Source: a bacterium (lineage in GTDB: Bacteria > Vulcanimicrobiota > Vulcanimicrobiia > Vulcanimicrobiales > SCRA01). Taken from it: 64,000 nt of DNA. The notes under the pieces were generated by a model. That model did not search any database. It saw nothing but the letters and a program-made list of their open reading frames with translations, and was not told the origin of the DNA. Made by a program: the position numbers and the translations under genes. Below, piece after piece: positions 50,597 to 59,098 of the stretch; positions within the stretch are counted from its first letter, which is position 1; every line of letters starts with the position of its first letter. The stretch is from contig SCRA01000038.1 in assembly GCA_004297985.1 (NCBI GenBank), positions 22,377 to 86,376 of the forward strand, in the 5' to 3' direction.

Positions 50597-51819
50597 ACGT
50601 CGTCGTGACGGGCATCGGCGTGCTGAGCCCCGCCGGCTCCGATCCGGCCTCGCTCTGGCGGGGCGTGGCCTCGGGCCAGAGCTTCGTGCGGCGCGTGACG
50701 CGCTTCGATCCCGCACCGTTTCGCTCGCAAGTGGCCGGTGAGATCGCAGGGTTCGACCCTCAGGCACGACTAGATCGTAAACTGGCGAACCGTCTCGACC
50801 GCTTTTCGGCACTGGCCGTGGTTGCCGCGGAGGATGCCCTGCGTGATGCGGATCTCAAGACGGTAGATCAGCCCGGGGAGTTCGGCGTGAGCATCGGCAG
50901 CGCGCTCGGCGGGGCGGCGCTGGCCGAGGAGCAGCATCGGCGGTATCTCACGGGGGGTATCGGCGCGGTGCGTCCGGTGCTGGCGATCTCCGTGTTCGGC
51001 GCCGCGGCGGCGTGCAACGTCGCCCAGCACTGCAACCTGCACGGCCCCGTGCTGGGGAACACCAACTCGTGCGCCGCCGGCATCACCGCGATCGGCGAGG
51101 CGTGCATGCTGATGCGCCTGGGGCGCGCGCGCCGCATGTTGGCAGGGGGCGTCGAGGCTCCGCTGGCACCACTGACGTTCGGCGCATTCGATCTCTTGCG
51201 CGCGATGTCGGCCAAGTGGAACGATGCGCCGGCCCGCGCTTCGCGCCCCTTCGACCGCGCGCGCGACGGCTTCGTGATGGCCGAGGCGGCAGCCGTCTTC
51301 GTGCTCGAGCTCGAGGAGGATGCCCTACGGCGCAACGCTCGCATCTATGGCCGAATCGCGGGGTTTGGGATGAGCAACGATGCCTTCCACATGTCGGCAC
51401 CGCGGGAGGACGGGAGCGACTCGGCACGCTGCATGCTCGCCGCCCTTGCCGACGCCGGCATGACGGCGCAAGAGGTGGAGTGCGTGAGCGCGCACGGCAG
51501 CGGCACTCCGCCCGGCGATACCGCGGAGATGCGCGCGCTCGAGCGCGTGCTGGGCGAGCGGCTCCCGCGCGTTCCGGTTGTGGCGAGCAAAGGATGCCAT
51601 GGCCATGCGCTGGGAGCCACGGGGGCCGTCGAAGTGGCGATTGCGCTGCTGGCGATGGAGCACGGCGAAGTACCGCCCAGCGTGAACTCCGATGACCCGG
51701 AGCCTCAGCTAGCCACGGCCACAGTCCCGCGTCCCATGCGTATCACGAACGTCCTGAAGAATGCCGCCGGCTTCGGCGGCCTCAACGCGGCATTGGTGTT
51801 GCTGCGAGAGGGAGCGTAG
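50593..51819 (+). CDS. Beta-ketoacyl synthase (FabF/type II KS-like)
   Basis: VVVTGIG, NSCAAG (catalytic Cys), SRPFDRARDGFV, AHGSGT, KGCHGHALGA, GFGG. Confidence 0.92.
   Translation: MNVVVTGIGVLSPAGSDPASLWRGVASGQSFVRRVTRFDPAPFRSQVAGEIAGFDPQARLDRKLANRLDRFSALAVVAAEDALRDADLKTVDQPGEFGVSIGSALGGAALAEEQHRRYLTGGIGAVRPVLAISVFGAAAACNVAQHCNLHGPVLGNTNSCAAGITAIGEACMLMRLGRARRMLAGGVEAPLAPLTFGAFDLLRAMSAKWNDAPARASRPFDRARDGFVMAEAAAVFVLELEEDALRRNARIYGRIAGFGMSNDAFHMSAPREDGSDSARCMLAALADAGMTAQEVECVSAHGSGTPPGDTAEMRALERVLGERLPRVPVVASKGCHGHALGATGAVEVAIALLAMEHGEVPPSVNSDDPEPQLATATVPRPMRITNVLKNAAGFGGLNAALVLLREGA
51779..51798 (+). repeat. 20-bp direct repeat, left copy (in the KS 3' end)
   Basis: GCCTCAACGCGGCATTGGTG, identical to 53023-53042. 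Confidence 0.9.
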
Positions 51820-51822
51820 CGA

Positions 51823-52953
51823 TCAGCTGGAAATCGGCGACCGCCGATCAAGCTGATATGCCAGCGGAATACCGAGATACGCAGCGGATCGGCGGAGGAA
51901 GCGTAGGACATACGACACGAGCGCTGGCTTCAAGGCGGACTGCACGAACGGGCGCTCGAACAAACGCCAATACTCGAAGCTGATAGCAAGCGTAACGATC
52001 ATGCCGGCGAGGCTCGCTGCGACGAGCCCGTATCTGGCCGTAAGCCAGATATCGGCAGCCCCAACGATTGGCGCGTGAACGAGGTAGATGCTGTAGGACG
52101 CTATGCCGATCGCGATAAGGACTCGCGTTGAGAGAAGCCGCCGGAGGTATTTGTTCCAGCCGCTGGCCACAACGAAGAAGAAAGCGGCGACTTGCCACGT
52201 GATCTGGGTCTGCGCGAAGCTAACCGTATTGTGTGCTCCTGAAGGGGCAAAGAGCGGCTCCAACGTGATAGCCGCCACAAGCATGACCCCGGAACCGAGC
52301 AGCGCCCATCGACCAATGTGGTGCTTGTTGATCTGAATGTCAGCCGCCACAATTCCAAGCATGAATGCGGGCAGCGTTCCGACGTCGATGGGGCACACCG
52401 TCGTAAGGTTGAACGCAGCTATATCTGTGATCAGGAGGGCAAGGAAAATACGCGGCGCACGCATCCAGAGCCAGAGCAGGAGCGGAAAGCAGAGGTACCA
52501 GCGGAATTCGACGGCGAGCGTCCAGAAGGACTCGTTGACGACGGCAGTGCCAGGGTTGAAAAAAAGTGCTTGCTTCAATAGATCTGTGACGCCTACGTCG
52601 TGTTGTAGAATACGGGGTACGCCGAACAGCAGTAGCGCGCAATAAAATGGCGGCACGATTCGAACGATGCGTCTTGCGAGAAAATGCCCGATGTCGAAAT
52701 CTGTATGAGCGGCGATCTTCAGTGCATGGAGCGTTGGATATGACAAGCAGAAGCCCGAGATGACAAAAAAGAGGTCGACACCGTGTGATCCTTCTAGAAA
52801 CAGATGCGCAACGATATTGGGCCAGGTCTGCCCGAACACTGGCGCATCCGCGAAATTCGGCAGCAAGGGCGAGTGCCATGCGAGATGATCGAGCACGACG
52901 AGCAACACTGCGATGGCGCGCAGCCCATCTAGATACTCGATTCGCTCCTTCAC
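51823..52953 (-). CDS. Acyltransferase-3 (OafA-like) O-acyltransferase
   Basis: YLDGLRAIAV, GVDLFFVISGFCL, RRIVRIVPPF, FWTLAVEFRWY, GIASYSIYLVH, FERP. Visibly more AT-rich than its flanks. Confidence 0.9.
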   Translation of the reverse strand: MKERIEYLDGLRAIAVLLVVLDHLAWHSPLLPNFADAPVFGQTWPNIVAHLFLEGSHGVDLFFVISGFCLSYPTLHALKIAAHTDFDIGHFLARRIVRIVPPFYCALLLFGVPRILQHDVGVTDLLKQALFFNPGTAVVNESFWTLAVEFRWYLCFPLLLWLWMRAPRIFLALLITDIAAFNLTTVCPIDVGTLPAFMLGIVAADIQINKHHIGRWALLGSGVMLVAAITLEPLFAPSGAHNTVSFAQTQITWQVAAFFFVVASGWNKYLRRLLSTRVLIAIGIASYSIYLVHAPIVGAADIWLTARYGLVAASLAGMIVTLAISFEYWRLFERPFVQSALKPALVSYVLRFLRRSAAYLGIPLAYQLDRRSPISS

Positions 52954-53022
52954 GCGGTAGCCTCGCTGTCTCCTACGCCGAGCCCCCACCCTTTCGAACG
53001 GGTGGACGGCGGGTCCTAGTCA

Positions 53023-53042
53023 GCCTCAACGCGGCATTGGTG
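53023..53042 (+). repeat. 20-bp direct repeat, right copy, followed by an alternative KS C-terminus
   Basis: GCCTCAACGCGGCATTGGTG then CTGCGGAGGGACGCGTAG, reading LNAALVLRRDA*. Confidence 0.9.
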
Positions 53043-54597
53043 CTGCGGAGGGACGCGTAGATCCAGCGGCTCGCTCGCGCGCTCGATACTCCTGCCAGCG
53101 CCGCTCCGCGCCCGGCAGCGCGACGGCGTCGTCGGTATGGTAGACGGGCCATTTCACCCCGGCGATCTTCATCAACGGGTAGCGCTCGAGCCAATGGTAG
53201 AGATCGGCATTGCTCTGGAGGCGTCTCGATTCGACGTCGATGAAGTAGCGCGCCCCTTTCCTGATGGCGCTCTCTTGGTCGAAGGGTGTCCAGAGCGCGG
53301 GATCCTCCTCCCATCCGTAGCGGTTGATGTAGTAGAGGATCGCCGGGTCGTAGTGCCCCATCACGATGAGCACGCCTTTGGGGAGGGCACCGTCGAGCGC
53401 GCGCGCCTGCTCGTAGACGCCGGCGCGCCAGACGTAGTATTTGGCGATATGCGCGCGGTCGATCACCGTGGTGCCGGCCAGCGCGATCAGTGCTACCAAG
53501 AGCCACGCTGTGCGCTCGGCGTTCCCCACCAGGTGCGCCCGTGCGTAGAGCCAGCCGATGGCGCCGCCGCCGAGCAGCGCGGCCAGCGGAAGGACGGGGT
53601 AGAGATAGTAGTCGACCGGCTCGACGGTGACGACCGCGAAGCCGTAGAGCGCCACGGCCGCGAGCCAAGACCACAGCAGCACGCCGCCGTTCAACGCCCT
53701 GGCCGCCAGCAGCACGATGCCCGCCAGCGCCAACAGGCACCCGACGGGGCCGAGCATCGTCTCCCAGAGAAAGCGCCACTCGTGATGGAAGGCGCCGAGC
53801 TTGGCGGCGAAGGCCGCCGGCGAGTGGAGCGCTGCAAGCAGCGGGGGGATCACGTGCCGCTGCGTGATGCCGCTGGCCCAGTGCCATTCGGCGACGGCAT
53901 GCTCGAAGCGCAGATACGCGAGGAGCGGAACGAAGGCGATGGCGGCGTAGAGCCACGTCGCCGGCCGTGTCAACGTGCGGCGCCAGCCGTGGCGGGCGAT
54001 GCCCAGCGCGGCGATCGGCAGGGCGACGAGCAGTGCCACGGGCTTGGCCAGAAACGCGAGCAGCGCCAGCAGCGCGGGGCGCCAGAGCGAACGCGTCTCG
54101 CCGTCGCGATCCTCCAACCAGCACCAGGTGGCGTAGAGTGCCGCGGTGAGAAAGAAGATCATCGTCGTATCCGGCATGAACGTGCGCCCGTAGTACATGC
54201 TGCCCGGATAGACTGCGAAGAGGAGCGCGGCTGCGGCGCCCGCCACGCCGCTGGCGAAGAGTCGTCGCGCGAAGAGGCCGACCACGGCGACCGTCCCCAG
54301 CGAGAACGCGATGCTCAACAGGCGGCCGAAGATCTCGTGGATGCCGAAGAGCTTGTAGAGTGTGGCCGCGAGAAACGGCACGATCTGGAGCTCCAGCTCC
54401 ACGTAGTTCGGCGGCGGTCCATCGTAGTTGGTCTGCGGGAAGAGCGGGTTGTAGCGCAGGAGCGCGAAGTTGCGCGCGATGGAGGCGGTGTCGCCCTGGC
54501 GCCACGAGGGATGGTCGAGCAGCGGATCGTGAATGCCGTGGAGGCGCAGCGCCAGGCCCAACAGGAGCGCGGCGAGCAGTGCGGCCCGGAAGATCAC
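53026..54597 (-). CDS. ArnT/PMT_2 (GT39/GT83-like) GT-C glycosyltransferase
   Basis: WRQGDTASIARNF, ELELQ, GRLLS, RTFMPD, LAKP, YYLYP; multi-TM. GTG start coupled to gtrA. Confidence 0.85.
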   Translation of the reverse strand: MIFRAALLAALLLGLALRLHGIHDPLLDHPSWRQGDTASIARNFALLRYNPLFPQTNYDGPPPNYVELELQIVPFLAATLYKLFGIHEIFGRLLSIAFSLGTVAVVGLFARRLFASGVAGAAAALLFAVYPGSMYYGRTFMPDTTMIFFLTAALYATWCWLEDRDGETRSLWRPALLALLAFLAKPVALLVALPIAALGIARHGWRRTLTRPATWLYAAIAFVPLLAYLRFEHAVAEWHWASGITQRHVIPPLLAALHSPAAFAAKLGAFHHEWRFLWETMLGPVGCLLALAGIVLLAARALNGGVLLWSWLAAVALYGFAVVTVEPVDYYLYPVLPLAALLGGGAIGWLYARAHLVGNAERTAWLLVALIALAGTTVIDRAHIAKYYVWRAGVYEQARALDGALPKGVLIVMGHYDPAILYYINRYGWEEDPALWTPFDQESAIRKGARYFIDVESRRLQSNADLYHWLERYPLMKIAGVKWPVYHTDDAVALPGAERRWQEYRARERAAGSTRPSAAPMPR

Positions 54598-55016
54598 GCG
54601 CGGTCCCTGAACGTCCAGTACTTGTTGACGAAGAAGTTCAGGAACATGCCGGAGACCGTTGCGGCAAACCAGACGCGATGATTTCCGGCGACGTGCATCG
54701 GCCCTTTCAAAACCCAGGAGACCGCGTCGCCCAGCAGCAGCGCTAGGAAGGACACAGTGAGGAACTGTGCCCCTTCGCGCCCGGGGTGTCCGCTCGAGCG
54801 GAACGTCCAGATGCGATTGAGGGCGTAGTTCGAAACGCCTCCCAGCATGAACGCGATGGAGAAGTCCCACAGGAACGACCAGTGCGTCATCCTGTCGAGG
54901 ATGGTGAAGGCGATCAGGTTGACGACAAAGCCGCTCGCCCCGACGATCCCGAATTTGACGAACTGACGCACGCCGCGGCGCTGTATCGCTGCGGTGACGA
55001 TATTGCGGTTTGACAC
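54594..55016 (-). CDS. gtrA: GtrA family lipid-linked sugar flippase
   Basis: QFVKFGIVG, NYALNRIWTF, NFFVNKYWTF; four TM segments. Confidence 0.88.
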   Translation of the reverse strand: MSNRNIVTAAIQRRGVRQFVKFGIVGASGFVVNLIAFTILDRMTHWSFLWDFSIAFMLGGVSNYALNRIWTFRSSGHPGREGAQFLTVSFLALLLGDAVSWVLKGPMHVAGNHRVWFAATVSGMFLNFFVNKYWTFRDRA

Positions 55017-56546
55017 CTATGCGATCCAATACCAATCGGCGAAGAGGACGGTGAAGAGACCCAAGAGCGGGAGGCTGAATGCCACCACGGCATTGTTGAC
55101 CACGGGGCGTCTGCCCCAGATGGCCAGGAGCATGAAGATCGGAAAGAGCACGAGCGCGAAGCGCGGCATGCTCATGAGGCTCGAGGTGGAGAGCGGGATG
55201 ATGATGGAGAGGAGCATGTACACCCAGTAGGACGTGCGAAGCGCTCGGAAGCCGAAAGCGAGCATGGCGATCATGAGCGCGGTGAAGACCAGCTCGATGC
55301 TTTGATAAGCGATCGACTGCGGCAGATGGGCATGGGTGATCAGGTGGATGCTGTTGCCGACGCTGACCCACGGGGGAGCGAGGTGACGGTGCCAGTGCGT
55401 CTGCACGTGGGAGAAGTAGAGAGGGTCTCCCACGAGGACCCACAGATAGCCCATGTAGGCGAGCATCCCCGCCGGCACCAGCCCGATGCCCAGCACGCTG
55501 CGCCAGGAGATGGGCTCGCCGTTACGATGGGCCGCCCACCACTCGATGGCGAAGGGCACGAAGAGCAGTACGCCCTCCACGCGCGTGGCGGAGGCGAATG
55601 CGCCCACGATCCCGGCCAGCAGCCATTTTCGCTCGCGGATGTAGTAGAACGAGGCGACCGTCAGCGCGAAGAAGAGCGACTCGGTGTAGACAGCCGAGAA
55701 GAAGATCGCCGTTGGGAAGACCGAGACGTAGAAGATCGCGCGGTGGGCCACGCGGCGGTCGCGCAGCTCATGCTCGACCAGCTTGTAGAAGAAGAGCAGC
55801 CCCAGGTAGAGCGCCGCGTTGGAGACGATCAGCCCGGCCACCAGATGCGAGCCCGTGAACTTGCCGAGGATGGCCAACAGCAGCGGATAGAGCGGGAAGA
55901 ACGCCATATTCGTCCCGTGGTAGCCGCTGGTGGCGATCTCGATGTAGTGCTGTGCGTCCCAGCGCCCCCAGACGGTGAGCAGGAGGTCGTGCGAGGCGGC
56001 CCAGTGCGTTCCGGCGCGCTGGCCGATCAGTGTAGCGCCCAGCAAGGCAATGATGATCAACGGGATGCGCGTAACGAGGTAGGTGACGGTAACCTCGCGG
56101 ATGGTCTGATTGAGACGTGCGGCGGCAGCGAGCTTCACCGCGCCCCAGAGGGCGATCGTTACGATGACGACCGGCCCCTCGGAGATGACGCGGAACGGGA
56201 GCAGCGCCAGCGGCAGCCAAAGCAGATAGAGCGGAAGGAAGGTCCAGGTGTCGAGGATCAGTGCCGTGCGATGCGAGATGCCGGTCCGCCACGACAGGTA
56301 GTTGGCATACCACTGCCACGCGGCCAGAGCCACCACGATACCCAAGGGAATCAAGCTTAGCAAGACCAGGTCGGTAACGGCGAGCAGGGCGTGCAGATGC
56401 GAGACGGCGGCGTACCAGGCGAAGAACCCCAACGCCAAGCCGGCGCCCGCCACTCCTGCAAGGGGAGCAGGCCCGGCAGCATAAAGAAGCCCCTGAAAGA
56501 GGGGGCGTACGCTTGTAGGTGGTGCGTGTTTGGTGCGCGCCGACAT
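55017..56546 (-). CDS. PIG-V/GT76-like mannosyltransferase with an extra N-terminal membrane region
   Basis: RWDAQHYIEIATSGY, AFFPLYP, FPTAIFFSAVYTESLF, TRVEG, SMPRF. Confidence 0.87.
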   Translation of the reverse strand: MSARTKHAPPTSVRPLFQGLLYAAGPAPLAGVAGAGLALGFFAWYAAVSHLHALLAVTDLVLLSLIPLGIVVALAAWQWYANYLSWRTGISHRTALILDTWTFLPLYLLWLPLALLPFRVISEGPVVIVTIALWGAVKLAAAARLNQTIREVTVTYLVTRIPLIIIALLGATLIGQRAGTHWAASHDLLLTVWGRWDAQHYIEIATSGYHGTNMAFFPLYPLLLAILGKFTGSHLVAGLIVSNAALYLGLLFFYKLVEHELRDRRVAHRAIFYVSVFPTAIFFSAVYTESLFFALTVASFYYIRERKWLLAGIVGAFASATRVEGVLLFVPFAIEWWAAHRNGEPISWRSVLGIGLVPAGMLAYMGYLWVLVGDPLYFSHVQTHWHRHLAPPWVSVGNSIHLITHAHLPQSIAYQSIELVFTALMIAMLAFGFRALRTSYWVYMLLSIIIPLSTSSLMSMPRFALVLFPIFMLLAIWGRRPVVNNAVVAFSLPLLGLFTVLFADWYWIA

Positions 56547-56683
56547 AGTCTGCGAGGCTTCTGGCCTCTCTTCGGGTGCCCCTGGCGGCCCAGTGCAAAA
56601 GGGTAATGGGTTGCAAGGGTTTCTTAGCCCGTCTGCCAATTTTTTTCGTCTCAGAGAGACGCTAGCGAGAGGAGCACGTAGTC

Positions 56684-57688
56684 ATGGCCATCTTGACACC
56701 GACACCGGCACAGGAGAACGTCGTCGACACTCTGGATTTCGTGAAGGTGACCGAGGCCGCCGCGCTGGCCGCCTCTCGTCTCATGGGGAAGGGGCAACGC
56801 GATGAGGCCGATGCCTCGGCCGTCGAGAAGATGCGTGAGACGCTCAACGAGATGCGCATCTCCGGGCGCGTCGTCATCGGCGAAGGCGAGCGCGACGAGG
56901 CCCCTATGCTCTACATCGGCGAGGAGTTGGGCGCGGGCGGCCCGGGGCTCGACATCGCGGTCGACCCCGTCGAGGGCACCAACTTGGTTGCCAACGGCCT
57001 GCCGAATTCGATCGCGGTGCTGGCCGTCTCGGAGCGCGGCGGGCTCCTGCACGCTCCCGACTCCTACATGCAGAAGCTGGCTGTTGGCCCAAAGGCGGCG
57101 CCCTACGTTCACATCGACGCCAGCGTTCGCGATAACCTCGAGGCCGTGGCCAATGCGCTCGAGCGCCCCGTCAGCGATGTCACGGTCGTGATTCTCGATC
57201 GTCCGCGCCACAAAGAACTGATCGACGATGTGCGGGCGGCCGGCGCACGCATCAAGCTGATCTCCGATGGTGACGTCGACGCCTGCATCGCCACTGCCAT
57301 CGAAGGCACGGGCATCCAGGTGGCGATGGGCACGGGCGGCGCGCCAGAAGGCGTGCTGGCCGCCGCGGCGCTCAAGTGCCTGGGGGGCGGCTTCTTCGGC
57401 CGCCTCAAGCCGCGGAACGAACAGGAGGCGGAGCGCGCTAGGGCGATGGGCTTCGGCGACCTCGACCGCGTGCTCTCGATGGACGACCTCGTCAAGGGGA
57501 AGGACGTCGTCTTCTGTGCGACGGGCATCACCGAGGGTGATCTCTGCCGCGGCGTCAGGTTCTTCGGCAACAGCGCGAAGACGCACTCGATCATTATGCA
57601 CGCCGCTACGGGAACCGTGCGCTTCGTCGAATCGACGCATCGGTTGGCGGCTCGTCCGTACCGCGCGGGGGGCGCTCAACTCGGGTAG
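56684..57688 (+). CDS. glpX: Class II fructose-1,6-bisphosphatase
   Basis: VTEAAA, VIGEGERDEAPMLYIGE, DIAVDPVEGT, LDRPRH, DGDV, GGAPEGV, ATGIT. Confidence 0.96.
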   Translation: MAILTPTPAQENVVDTLDFVKVTEAAALAASRLMGKGQRDEADASAVEKMRETLNEMRISGRVVIGEGERDEAPMLYIGEELGAGGPGLDIAVDPVEGTNLVANGLPNSIAVLAVSERGGLLHAPDSYMQKLAVGPKAAPYVHIDASVRDNLEAVANALERPVSDVTVVILDRPRHKELIDDVRAAGARIKLISDGDVDACIATAIEGTGIQVAMGTGGAPEGVLAAAALKCLGGGFFGRLKPRNEQEAERARAMGFGDLDRVLSMDDLVKGKDVVFCATGITEGDLCRGVRFFGNSAKTHSIIMHAATGTVRFVESTHRLAARPYRAGGAQLG

Positions 57689-57707
57689 AGAGAAGTCCGC
57701 TCGCGCA

Positions 57708-58199
57708 GTGTTCAGGTTTCTCAGACCCGACGCGCAGGCCCGGAGCCTCGCCGACGTTTCGATCGATGCCCTGTGCGAAGGGCAGACGCTGGGCGTGATC
57801 GTCGACCTCGACAACACGCTCGTCGGCTACCGCCAGGACTGTCTGCCGGCCGATCATCAGACGTGGCTGGAGCACGCGCGCTCCCGCGGGTTGCGCTTAG
57901 TCCTGCTCTCCAACAACTTTCCTGAGCGCGTGGGAACGGTGGCGCAGGCGGCGGGTATCGCCTGCGTCGCCAGCGCGCTCAAGCCGCTGCCCGGTGCATT
58001 TCGGCGTGCGCTTGCCCTGCTCGAGACCCCCGCAGCGCGCACGGTGGTCATCGGCGATCAACTCTTTACCGACGTCCTGGGCGCGAAACTCTGCGGCATG
58101 CGCACGATTCTCACGGAGCCGCTGGTGGAACACGATTTTGCCACAACGCGCGTGCTGCGTTTCTTCGAGCGTTTGGTGATGCCGGAACGCCGGACGTGA
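57708..58199 (+). CDS. YqeG family HAD IIIA phosphatase
   Basis: DLDNTL, LSNN, KP, IGDQLFTDVLGA. Confidence 0.9.
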   Translation: MFRFLRPDAQARSLADVSIDALCEGQTLGVIVDLDNTLVGYRQDCLPADHQTWLEHARSRGLRLVLLSNNFPERVGTVAQAAGIACVASALKPLPGAFRRALALLETPAARTVVIGDQLFTDVLGAKLCGMRTILTEPLVEHDFATTRVLRFFERLVMPERRT

Positions 58200-58978
58200 G
58201 GCGGCTGTGCGTCATCGGCGACCCGGTCGCCCACAGCCTCAGCCCTGCTATCCATCGTGCCGCACTGCGAGCGGCGGCTATCGACGGTGACTACGAGGCC
58301 GTGCGCATCTCGGCGGGGACGCTGCACGAGCGGCTTGAGGCGCTGCGTGTGCGTTACATCGGCTGCAACGTCACCACGCCGCTGAAGGAAGAGGCGGCCG
58401 CGCTCTGCGATCGCCTCGATGAGGTCGCGAGCGCTGCAGGCGCCGCCAATACGCTGCGCTTGACCGACCAAGGAGCCGAGGGCTGGAATACCGATGGCGA
58501 GGGTGCGGCCTTTGCACTGGCACAGGCCTGCGGCGTGGCCGAGGTTCGGGGGTTGCGTCTGGCCGTTCTGGGCACTGGCCCCGCGGCCCGAGCGGCGATG
58601 CTCGGCCTGGCCGCTCACGGGGCGCTTCCGCTCGTCTGGGGAAGGCGGCCGGAAGGCGTGGCAGCGGCGCTGGCTCTCACGGAGGCCGCTGAGCCGTGGG
58701 GCCTCGAGGCCGTCGATGGCATTCTCTCCACGCTCCCTCCGGGCGCGGAGATGCCCGCCGATCTCGCGGAGGCCCTGCGCGGCAGCCCGGCCGTCGTCGA
58801 TGCGAACTACGGAGCGCGAGCCGATCTGGGCGAACGTTTGGGGCGACGCGTCTTCGACGGGCTGGGGATGCTGATCGGGCAGGCGGCAGCCTCTTTTCGC
58901 ATCTGGTTCGGCGTCGAGCCGGATATCCACGCGATGGCTCGGGCCGCGAGCTTTAGACTACGCGTGGGTGCGGCTTAG
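58196..58978 (+). CDS. aroE: Shikimate dehydrogenase
   Basis: GDPVAHSLSPAIH, NVTTPLKE, AANT, NTDG, DGLGMLIGQA. Confidence 0.92.
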   Translation: MRRLCVIGDPVAHSLSPAIHRAALRAAAIDGDYEAVRISAGTLHERLEALRVRYIGCNVTTPLKEEAAALCDRLDEVASAAGAANTLRLTDQGAEGWNTDGEGAAFALAQACGVAEVRGLRLAVLGTGPAARAAMLGLAAHGALPLVWGRRPEGVAAALALTEAAEPWGLEAVDGILSTLPPGAEMPADLAEALRGSPAVVDANYGARADLGERLGRRVFDGLGMLIGQAAASFRIWFGVEPDIHAMARAASFRLRVGAA

Positions 58979-59057
58979 GATTTCTTCATCGCAAAGAGCG
59001 TACGCTTGATAGCGGAGATGCACATACTCCCGGAAATCCCATCCGAACTCGCGAAAA

Positions 59058-59093
59058 CGGAGAGGCCGCCTGCAAAACGCAGACGGCCTCTCT
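59058..59093. terminator. Long hairpin between the convergent aroE and MBL genes
   Basis: GAGAGGCCGcCTGC-aaaac-GCAGaCGGCCTCTC. Confidence 0.65.
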
Positions 59094-59098
59094 GCGTG

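Noticed and set aside
53026-55443. 805-aa ORF as a single large protein
   Set aside because: The first 280 codons overlap gtrA and the mannosyltransferase in another frame and are low complexity. The real gene starts at GTG 54597.
58975-59031. 16-codon minus-strand peptide (MCISAIKRTLFAMKKS)
   Set aside because: The GGAG is only 1 nt from the ATG, it lies downstream of a terminator-like hairpin, and there is no other support.
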